A stretch of DNA of 63,998 bases, the filler included, from Conidiobolus incongruus B7586 (lineage: Eukaryota): NCBI GenBank assembly GCA_000697335.1. It is 12 parts of 12 records of this genome, joined end to end, with 100 filler letters (N's around TTAATTAATTAA, not from the genome) between each part and the next. Parts side by side here need not be neighbours in the genome. Positions count along the whole stretch, not along the records: positions 52,512 to 54,576 come from JNEM01006759.1; positions 54,677 to 58,034 come from JNEM01006760.1; positions 58,135 to 59,936 come from JNEM01006761.1; positions 60,037 to 61,526 come from JNEM01006763.1; positions 61,627 to 63,998 come from JNEM01006764.1; 7 more parts are not named here. The stretch is one strand, 5' to 3'. The notes beneath the pieces were generated by a model. The model was not told where the DNA came from, ran no database searches, and was given only the letters and a program-made list of their open reading frames with translations. The translations under genes and the position numbers were made by a program. Numbering within the stretch: position 1 is the stretch's first letter; each line of letters begins with the position of its first letter. Shown piece by piece: positions 53,918-63,998 of this stretch.

Positions 53918-56187
53918 ATGACCAAGAGGAAAAATTCTGTTGATATGGATATTTCTGACAACAAAGGCTCTAATAGCATTAACAAAGTAAATATAATAAA
54001 ATTCAAGTTTAAATTTTATTAATTATTAGTGCAGAAATTAAATAATGGCACAATTTTAAAATTAAAATTAAACAAATAAATTAATAAATAATATATAAAA
54101 ATTAATGAATAATATAAAATTAATAGCCTCCTTTATTATTAATAACTCTTTTCTATACCTTTGGTAAGCTTCTAATACTTAAAAAATAGTTCTTTTTATT
54201 AAGGACTGAAATTTGATGTTTCACAAACCAATTTAATTTGTTTGCAGGAATTTTTTTTCCTGTAAGCTATTTTTTTAATTGTCCAAAACAATTATAATCA
54301 CATGGATTATAATCAAGTGAATATACTAGATGTGGTAACTCCCTCTAATTTTTTTTATATAAAAAATCTTTTACAGCTTTAGCTTTATGTATTTTACAAT
54401 TATCATGTAAAATAATAGGTGTCTTTAATTTATATTGAGAACACCATTTAAAAATTGTTTTATTTAAAAAAGTAATATATAACTTACTATTAATTGATTT
54501 TCCTTGAGGTATTAAATAAGAAAACTATATACCATTATAATCTATTACAACAATTAACATTTGCTTATATTTAAAGNNNNNNNNNNNNNNNNNNNNNNNN
54601 NNNNNNNNNNNNNNNNNNNNTTAATTAATTAANNNNNNNNNNNNNNNNNNNNNNNNNNNNNNNNNNNNNNNNNNNNGATTTATTAATTGTAAGTATTCAC
54701 TGTAAAAACTTTTGTTTTTAGTTATACCTTAATAAGTTTAGTTTAGCTATAGCTACTCTAGTTTTCTTTTAGGTTTCTGTTAAATTATAAGATATCTATT
54801 TTGTATTTTTATTAATTAATCTAAGTTTAAACTTAAGTAAATATAACATGCTTGTATAATTAATATTAAATTGCTTTAATAGTTCTTTAGCAGAAATAAA
54901 AAGGTATTTCTTAATATATTTTTTTATTTTATTGGTAAGTAAAAGAGTAACAGTAGAAATTAATCTTTTAGATTTTGGTAAATTTTGAATAGTGTCCCTT
55001 CCAGCTTTAAAATCACAAATCTAGTGATATATGGTAGTTTTAGATAAAACACCATCTCTATAAGCTGTTTGCAAGTTTTAGATGATTTTAGAGGGTTTAT
55101 AGTTAAGTTTTAAAGATACAAAAATAAAAGCCTTTTGATAATCACAATCTAGTTTAAGCATGATTAAATTTAAGTGTAAATTTTAAAATCAAAATATTTT
55201 AATAAAAAAAATAATTAAAATTGAATATATATATTTAGTTTGAAAAAATTTATTTTCCTATATATTATATATATATATAATCTTTCAAAACGTATAATAT
55301 GTTTGAAAGATCAGAAATTAAAAAATTTGCCATTTCTTAATTTCCATACTAATAGCATCAGATAATAGATGTCAATTTCGAATTTTTCGATCCCAAATCC
55401 GAAGATTATCAAAGCATAAAATTTTTTTTAAATAATCTATACGGTGTTAACAGTTCTATTAATACGAGTGACTTGAGTGATATTATCGTCAGTCAACCTT
55501 TGATTGGTACTACTATTAAAACAGCTGTAGACGAAGATGCTTATTGTATATTTACCATACTGAATATGAATGTCCATAAGGATAGATAGTTGATCAGTCG
55601 ATTGAGGTAGTTACTGTTCAATGGGACAAACTCTAACAATGAATTGAACCAATTATTGCGCACTTTATTAGCATCAGAATCCCAACAGCATTTGGGATAC
55701 CTTGTAAATGAGAGAATCATCAATATGCCAGTACAGACTGCACCCCCCATGTACACGATGCTCCAGGAGGAAATACAATGGGCTTTGGAGGATAAAGAAC
55801 CGTACGATTTTGAGTACTTTTTCGTAATTTCTGAGACTTATAAGGAAGCTCAAGTCAATCCTGATCTTCAGGACGGCCCCCGCCATGGCGACGGTGGTAA
55901 GAAACAGAGATCTCAGGTATTTTGAGTTAATATAATGTTAAACTCTCTGTCTAACTCAAATTTAGCCCGATACAGTCGAATTCTACTTTAACGCTGAAGA
56001 TGAATTGATCGTACCCCCAGCGGACTATGTCCACAACATCAAATTTCAGAGTGGATCATCCGTTCCCGAAAGCAAGAGAGCTTTCAATGAATTTGGCATT
56101 GTTGAAGGACGTAAACTATTAGTCTTTCACAAATCTAAATACCAGCAAATTATCAAAATGCTAGAAGAAGTTATTCCCAAAGCTTAA
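53918..56187 (+). pseudogene. BCP1: BCP1/BCCIP homologue (exons 53918-53986, 55356-55916, 55966-56187) with two in-frame TAGs and a transposon in intron 1
   Basis: MTKRK N-terminus, IDVNFEFFDP, IGTTIKT, LVNERIINMP..APPMY.MLQEEI, YFNAEDE. TAG at 55587-55589 and 55608-55610 lies in the coding frame. Confidence 0.8.
54026..55352 (-). mobile_element. Full-length decayed mariner inside BCP1 intron 1
   Basis: TIRs TTAGTGCAGAAATTAAATAATGGCA / TGCCATTTCTTAATTTCCATACTAA, TA duplication at 54024-54025 and 55353-55354, internal gap at 54577-54676. Confidence 0.88.
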
Positions 56188-56911
56188 TTAAAATAAATTT
56201 TATATATTTTTTAGGGTATTTGACAATATTTGGTATATTTATTGATCTATATAATAATATTAGAGTCTTTGGATTTAGGAAATCATATTATCAATATCAA
56301 CTACCAATTACTTGAATACGATAGACTGATTTCAATTCCAGCATTTTATATCACTAATCCATAATTTTCGCCAAGTTGATTTCTATAATTCCAATATTTA
56401 TCTTATATATTACTTGATTACTGATTTTTTATCATTATAATCACATGTATAAATTTAATCAAACTTTTTAGTCTGCTATATCCATTCAAATTCACCTAAA
56501 TTGGTGAATTATAACTCTCAGTGAAAAGCTTGTAAAATTCCAATATCCAATTATACGTATTGTCAAATTCATTATAAAACTAAATTTTTTAATAGTTTAA
56601 ACATAATATTTATATTTTTATTACAAATTTCTATATTTTTGATAATTTAAATTTTTTTATTCAATATATTTGATTGTACTATATAAACATCAAATAAATA
56701 ATATTTTATATATTATTTTATTATATTATATATATTATATTTAAAGTTAATTTAAAATTTGTTATTATGAAATAAAAATAAAATATATATTATCAAATAT
56801 ATTTATTTATATTATTATATATATTTTTTTAATTTTTAAATAACTAGAGTTTTTTGAGATTGAAAATGCATAAGTATCTTAATAAAATATGTTATAAAAA
56901 TAAATATATAA

Positions 56912-57244
56912 TGTTGTGGATTGGGAGGTCTATTTGCCTTTTAACTTTAATTATCTGTCAAGATTCTATATATAATCCACTTATAAATATCAGGAACAAT
57001 CCTTATATAATGGAAAATTCCAGATTATAACAGAAATTAAAGCTTTAATATATTGGCAAAGGATCAACCATATTATAAAATATTTACTAAATAGATATTT
57101 TTTAGATAATCACTTAGATCAAGGCCAAGGCTTATATCTTGATATTTTAATAAAACTCCTCTAAAATATTTAGTTTTTTTACCCATATAATTAAACTTAT
57201 ATGATATTTATTATAAATTATTTTTTAAAAGCGTTGTTATAATA
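56912..57244. mobile_element. Possible decayed solo LTR
   Basis: Starts TGTTGTGG and ends TTATAATA, a C>T version of CCACAACA. No TSD seen. Confidence 0.35.
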
Positions 57245-57454
57245 AGATCAATATTCTTTTATTATTAATAATAATTTGCTATATTTTTGGTATTTTTTTA
57301 ATATTTAAATTTATCTTTTTTATTAATAATTAAAATTTGATATTTTATTAATGAATTTAATTAATTTTTAATAATTCTTTGTTTATAAATATAATAATAA
57401 ATTATTTAAAAAAACTGATATTATATATTAACATACAGAAATCAATTATAAAAT

Positions 57455-58034
57455 TAAAAATATATATTTTTATTAAAAATCAAAATAATTAATAATATTA
57501 TATTATCCAAAACTATAATATATAAATATAATATATTATTTGATAATATATAAATATATTCAGATATATTGAATAAAATATTAGCAAAAATATTACCCTT
57601 TAATATTTAACTAAGGTAAGTTATAAATTTATAGGTTTTTGAGATAAAAGTATATATTTAATAATATATAACTCTATCGTTATTCCCTCTTTGTTATTAT
57701 TTTATATAATATTTTATAGAAATATTAAATTCTTTTATTAACATCAATATACTTAAATTCCTCTTTAAAAGATTTATTTATATATTAATTAACTTTATAA
57801 AAAAACAAATCAACTAATAATATTATTATAATTACTAGTGTTTACTAGTTTACTATAGCTAAAGCTATTAACAATAATAATAAAAACACATTTAAACTTA
57901 AATATGTTAAAATTATAAAATATATAATAAGAAGTATATTTATAGGTTAATTATTATAGGTAAATATTATATTATTTTAAAAATATAATAAGAATTATAA
58001 AATTATACAAGAATATTAATTAATATTAATACTA
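57455..58034 (+). mobile_element. 5' part of a Tc1-like copy, cut by a gap
   Basis: Inner DR AAGGTAAGTTATAAATT at ~57613 and a transposase start colinear with 24314-25886. Confidence 0.75.
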
Positions 58035-58134
58035 NNNNNNNNNNNNNNNNNNNNNNNNNNNNNNNNNNNNNNNNNNNNTTAATTAATTAANNNNNNNNNN
58101 NNNNNNNNNNNNNNNNNNNNNNNNNNNNNNNNNN

Positions 58135-59409
58135 GATTTAGATAATGCTTCATTACCAAAAGCTGTTTGTAAATTTTGAATGATTTTAGAGGGTTTGTGG
58201 TTAAGTTTTACTGATACTAAAATAAAAGACTTTTGATGGTTACTATTTGGTTTAAGCATGATTAAATTAAACAACTAATTTTAAAAAATTCATTTTTTAA
58301 TCAAAAAAATTATTATATATATATATATATATATATAATTCAAAACTATTTATTTTCCTATTTGTTTTGTATATATTTGCTTATTTGAAACTAATAATAT
58401 GTTTGAAAAATTGGAAATTAAAAAATTTCCCATTTCTTCGATTCCATGGTAATATTATGCAAAATAATAGGTTTTCTCAAACTTTATTAAAAACACCAAT
58501 TAGAAATACTTTTATTTAAAAAAGCAATATAAAGCTTACTATTAATTGATTTTTTTTCAGGAACTAAATAAGAGTTTCATATATCATTATAATCTATTAT
58601 AATAATTAATATTTGCTTATTAACAAAATACTTATTTAAAAAGATTTTTAGAGGGGGTTGATTTAGCTTAATCCAGCATCTTGATTTGTGTTTTAATAAA
58701 GGATTATATATAAAAATTCAAGATTCATCAATTATAATTATTTGTTATAAAAGTCAAGGCTTCTAGTAATATTTAAGTAAGTTTTGTTTAATAATAATTA
58801 CTTTAGCTTTTTTCTCAACTTTAGTTAAATTATAGGATACCTATTTTATATTTTTATTTATTAATTTAAGTTTAAACTTTAATATATATATATATATATA
58901 TATATAATACTTATAAAACTAATATTAAAGTAATTAGATAATTCTCTTGCTGAAATAATAAGGTGTTTTAAAATATATTTTTTCACCTTGTTAATAATTA
59001 AAAGAGTAACAGTTAAAGTTGGTTTTTTAAATTTTAATAGGTTTTAGATAATTTCTCTCCTAGCTTTAAAATGATTTACCTAGTGATATATTGTTGATTT
59101 AAATAATACTTTATTATTAAAAGCTATTTTTAAATTTTGAATAATTTTAGAAGGCTTATAGTTAGATTTTATTGATACTAAAATAAAAAACTTTTGATAA
59201 TCTCTATTTAGTTTAAGTATTATTAAATTAAACAATAAATTTTAAAAAATTAATTTTTTAATCAAATAAAATATTATATATATATATATATATATATTAA
59301 AAATATATAATTTCCTATTAACTTTGTCTATATTGATTTATTTCAAACTAATAATATGTTTGAAAAATCAGAAATTAAAAAATTTCTTGTTTTTTTAAAT
59401 TCAAGGTAG
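58135..59409 (-). mobile_element. Nested mariners: 5' end of a younger copy (58135-58452) inserted in a host (58455-59409)
   Basis: TIR TTCCCATTTCTTCGATTCCATGGTAA-TA joins directly to mid-transposase host sequence. The host keeps ATT GAT GAA (first catalytic Asp). Confidence 0.8.
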
Positions 59410-59450
59410 TATTATAATTTAATAATAAATGCATTTCAAATTTAATAATA

Positions 59451-59936
59451 TTATCTTGAATTTGAAATAATGGGAAATTTTTTAATTTCTGATTTTTCAA
59501 TCATATTATAAATTTGAAATGAATAAATATATACAAAGTTAATAGGAAATTATATATTTTTAGTATATATATATATATATTTATATTAGTTTTTTGATTA
59601 AAAAATTAACTTTTTAAAATTGGTAGTTTAATTTAATCATGCTTAAACCAAATAGTGATCATCAAAAGTTTTTTATTTTGGTATCAGTAAAACTTAACCA
59701 TAAACCCTCTAAAATTATTCAAAATTTACAAGCAGCTTTTGGTAATGAAGCATTATCTAAATCAACAATTTATCACTGGGTAAATTACTTTAAGGCTAGG
59801 AGAGAAATTATTCAAAACCTGCTAAAATCTAGAAGACCAACTTCAATTGTCACTCTTTCAATTATAAATAGAGTGAAAAAATATATTGAAAAGCACCTTT
59901 TTATTTCAGCTAGAGAATTATCTAAACACTTTAATA
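59451..59936 (+). mobile_element. 5' part of a relatively intact mariner with an open transposase N-terminus (ATG 59639), cut by a gap
   Basis: TIR present. MLKPNSDHQKFFILVSVKLNHKPSKIIQNLQAAFGNEALSKSTIYHWVNYFK..SRRP matches a mariner HTH with a decayed SGRP linker. Confidence 0.88.
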
Positions 59937-60036
59937 NNNNNNNNNNNNNNNNNNNNNNNNNNNNNNNNNNNNNNNNNNNNTTAATTAATTAANNNNNNNN
60001 NNNNNNNNNNNNNNNNNNNNNNNNNNNNNNNNNNNN

Positions 60037-61460
60037 AATTTAATTAATTATTAATTGATATATTAAAACTAAAAGTATATTTAAAATAAGTTATAAATTT
60101 GTAGGATTTAATATTGATACAAAAATTAATAACTAATATATCCATCTTTTGCTTTTCTAACTTCTTTAAGTTTATAGGGTATAGAGTCAGCTAGATTTTT
60201 ACATTAAGCAAGATTAATATCATTCTAAGCTTCTTGAATATACTCCTAAAGTTGATCTAAATTTTTTGTTAGGGGGAAAGCTTTAATTAATTTTTTTAGT
60301 TAATTCTAAAGATATTCAATTAGGTTAAGATTAGGAGATTAAAAAGGTTATTTCATAATAGTTATTTTGTTATTTTTAAGCTATTTAATAGTAGAATTTA
60401 TAATATAACAAGGTGTATTATCTTGTTGGAAAATAATATTTGATTTTTTTAATCTATACCACTCAATAGTTTTTTCAATTTATTGTTTAAAGTACTTTAA
60501 TATGTTTTAGCATTAATTCCCCTATTAACTCTACAAAGATACCTTATACCTAAAGATAATATACATCCTTAAACTATAATTGACATATTATTATATTTTT
60601 GGGTTATAATAACATAATAGTTATAAATTGGTTCTTTATCTTTTTTGAAATATCTAGTTTTTTTATTAGATTTATTAAGATATATTATTGTTTTATTAGA
60701 CTAAATAACCTTATTTTAATTAGTTTTAGTTTAATTTTAATATTGATATTTAAACTCCCACCTGACTCTATAATAAAACTTTTTTAGTTGGCAGTGTTTT
60801 TTCTTAAGATATAAGCAATATCTATTCTAATATAAAGCATATATAATAGTATCAATACCAATTAATATTCTTATATAGTCTTGTAATTCTTGTTTTACTT
60901 CTATAGCAATATTATACTTACCTATACTAACTAATCTATATATATACTTTTTATCATACTTTTCTATAATTTTAGTATACCCAAGTTTTAGTTTAAGTGT
61001 TTCTTTAATATTGTTCTTAATAACCTTAGCTATAATAGATTAGCTAACACTAGTAATTTTAGCAATCCTACAAGTTGATTTATTTTCATTATAAAGTTGA
61101 TTAATATATAAGTGAACTTTTTTAAAGAGAGATTTAGGTATTATAATATTAATTTTAAAATATTAGCTTAATAGTTATATAATATATATAATATAACAAA
61201 AAAAAGATATATATATAAGTTTTGTTATTTATATCCCTTTAACTTATAAACCTGTGAATTTATAACTCATCATGATTAAATTTTAAGTTTTGATATATTA
61301 ACCAATAGTTAATAAAATATAATCAATTATAGTTAGTTATAATTAATTAATACAAATAAATTATAAATTTTAATTTAAATTTATTTAATTAAGAATTATT
61401 TAAGATATAGGTAAATATTTAAGTAATTTTGATTTTATGACTTATTTTTGCAAGCTAGTG
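60037..61460 (-). mobile_element. Decayed Tc1-like transposon, left end in a gap
   Basis: Terminus TTTTATGACTTATTTTTGCAAGCTAGTG-TA and family-B transposase remnants. Confidence 0.85.
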
Positions 61461-61626
61461 TATATTTATAAATTATATAAATTAAACATATAAACTAATA
61501 TTTAAAATATATAAATTTTCTTATATNNNNNNNNNNNNNNNNNNNNNNNNNNNNNNNNNNNNNNNNNNNNTTAATTAATTAANNNNNNNNNNNNNNNNNN
61601 NNNNNNNNNNNNNNNNNNNNNNNNNN

Positions 61627-63998
61627 ATTATACTAGACTATATATTTACTAAAAATATTCAAAATTTATAAATAGCTATTAGTGATAAAATATTATCAAA
61701 ATCAATAATTTATTACTAGCTACATTATTTTAAGTTAAAAATAATTAACCAAAATTTGTTAAATTTTGAAAAACTAATTTTAACTCTTAATTTTTAATTA
61801 TTAATAAAATAAAAAAATATATTTACAAGCACCCATTTATTTTATCTAAGGAATTATCAAAATATGTTATTATTAGCTATAAATATAATTTATATATATA
61901 TATTAAAATTTAAATTTAATTTAATTTATCATAATACAAGATAGATATCATATAATTTGACTAAAGCTTAAAAAAATTATAATAGCTATTATTAATCAAA
62001 ACTTACTAAAATATAGCCAAAAACCAAGGTTTTATCATATATTCTTATAATTGATGAAATTTAGGTTTTTTGTAAAATCTTTTATTAAAATATAAATCAA
62101 AATGCTAAATTAAACCAAATCTATCTTTTTTATAAATTTTATTAAATAAACACTATATTGATCAATAAATATTAATTAATTTAATGGATTATTATAATCA
62201 TTGATATATTTATTCAAATGTTAAAAAAATCTATTAGTTATAAACTTTATATTACTATTTTAAATAAAATTATTTCTAATCAATAATTTCAATATAATAT
62301 AAAAAACCTAATATTTTGGATTATAATTACAAAATATATAGAACTAAAGTTATAAAGAACTTTGTAATCAAAAATAACTGGAAAAAATCACTATATTCAA
62401 TATATTCCTTAAATTATAACCTATATTATTAAAATAGTTTTTATTAATTAAAAAGCTAAATTCTAGGAAAAAAAATATCTATAGGAAATTTTAATTAATT
62501 AATGAATTTTAAATTTCAATTATTAAGAAAAAAAAATTATTTTTTAGATTTTAGAACTTTACCAAAAATATAGCAAAAAGCTATTACTCTATATTTTTAA
62601 TAATATAAATTTTTGCAATTCAAAATAAATAAATATTTTTATATATAATATATAAAAATGAATATATAATATAGATTTAATAGTTTTTTATTATTAATAA
62701 CTTTTTGCTATATTTTTAGCAAAGATCTAATACTTCAAAAATAGTTTTTTTTATTAAAGACTGAAATTTGATATTTTACAAACTAATTAAATTTTCTTGC
62801 AAAAATTTTTTTTCCTGAAAGCTAGTTTTTTAATTACCTAAAGCAATTATAATCACATGGGTTATAATCTAAGGAATATATTGAATATGGTAGTTTTTTC
62901 CAGTTATTTTTGATTTGAAAGTTTTTTATAGTTTTAGATTTATATATTTTACAATTATTATGCAAAATAATAGGTTTTCTCAAATTATATTGAAAACACC
63001 AATTAGAAATACTTTTATTTAAAAAAGCAATATAAAGTTTACTATTAATTGATTTTCCTTCAGGAATTAAATAAAAATATCATATATCATTATAATCCAT
63101 TTCTATAATTAATATTTACTTATTAACAAAATATTTCTTTAAAAGGATTTATAAAGGAGGTTGTTTTGCATAATCTAGTATTTAGATTTGTATTTTAGTA
63201 AAAGATTATAAAGATCTAAGGTTCATCAATTATAATTATTTGAATAAAATTTAGTCTTCTAGTAATATTTTAGTAATTTTTATTTAGTAATAACTATTCT
63301 AGCTTTTTTTTAAGCTTTAATTAAATTATAAGATACCTATTTTGTATTTTTATTTATTAATTTGAGTTTAAACTTTAATCAATAAAAAATACTTATAGGA
63401 CTAATATTGAAGTATTTAGATAATTCTCTAACTCAAATAAACAGGTATATTTCAATATATTTTTTCATTCTATTAAAAATTAAAAAAGTGATAGTTAAAG
63501 TTAGTCTTCTAGATTTTAACTAGTTTTATATAATTTCTCTCCTAGCCTTAAAGATATTTACCTAGCAATAAACTGTTAATTTAGATGATACTTTATTACC
63601 AAAAGTTGCTTGTATTTTTTGAATAATTTTAGAGGGTTTATGGTTAAGTTTAATTGATACTAAAATAAAAAAATTTTGATGATCATTATTTGGTTTAAAT
63701 ATGATTAAATTAAATAACTAATTTTAAAAAGTTAATTTTTAATCAAAAATATTACTATATATATATATATATTACAAATATATAATTTCCTATTAACTTT
63801 TTATATATTTATTTATTTCAAAATAATAATATATTTGAAAAATCAGATATTAAAAAATTTCCCATTATTTTAAATTCAAGAAAATATTAAAAATAAAGGA
63901 ATTTATTAATAATATATTCTTTAATTATTTTTATATATTATATATGAAAATTTTGATTTTATTTTAATTAGCAAAAAATCAGGTAATTAAATTTAAAA
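61627..63998. mobile_element. Mariner host (+) with a nested full-length mariner (-) at 62584-63884
   Basis: The insert has both TIRs and a TA duplication, and keeps GAT TAT AAC CCA TGT GAT TAT (DYNPCDY). The host resumes after 63886. Confidence 0.8.

Noticed and set aside
55587..55610. Genome-wide TAG reassignment to Gln suggested by the BCP1 stops and by a TAA three codons after the NTPDase TAG
   Set aside because: The Gln-rich 703-aa bromodomain gene, the NTPDase and the P450 contain no internal TAG, so a general code change is unlikely.
60599..60787. Hydrophobic small ORFs in AT-rich DNA (also 3741-3980, 10964-11176, 21855-22076)
   Set aside because: Ile/Phe/Lys/Asn-rich chance frames, some antisense to decayed transposases.
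23849..61626. TTAATTAATTAA recurring eleven times between N runs
   Set aside because: Artificial scaffold linker (44 N + 12 nt + 44 N, stops in all frames). Not biological, and adjacency across these gaps is uncertain.

Overview
Very AT-rich eukaryotic (fungal) scaffold with short GT-AG introns and eleven 100-nt gaps, each carrying a TTAATTAATTAA linker. It is probably from an early-diverging fungus (Conidiobolus/Entomophthorales-like is a guess, not shown). Intact genes: GDA1/CD39 NTPDase, SDH8/SDHAF4 plus a diverged tandem paralogue, a Ctr copper transporter, a BRD7/BRD9-like bromodomain protein, a secreted Tyr/Gly/Asp repeat protein with dibasic-flanked hexapeptides, and a 9-exon cytochrome P450 facing a P450 pseudogene. 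A BCP1 gene has a mariner inserted into the TA of its first splice acceptor and two in-frame TAGs. Much of the rest is nested, decayed transposons: a DD34D mariner family, an IR/DR Tc1 family, several solo-LTR families and a hAT MITE. Their copies differ mostly by C>T/G>A changes, which resembles RIP. Best leads: (1) RIP-like hypermutation that creates new TA targets and appears to leak into BCP1; (2) a gap-truncated ORF resembling the RNA polymerase beta-prime C-terminus / ORF7 of cytoplasmic linear virus-like elements; (3) a Kex2-type repeat peptide precursor.
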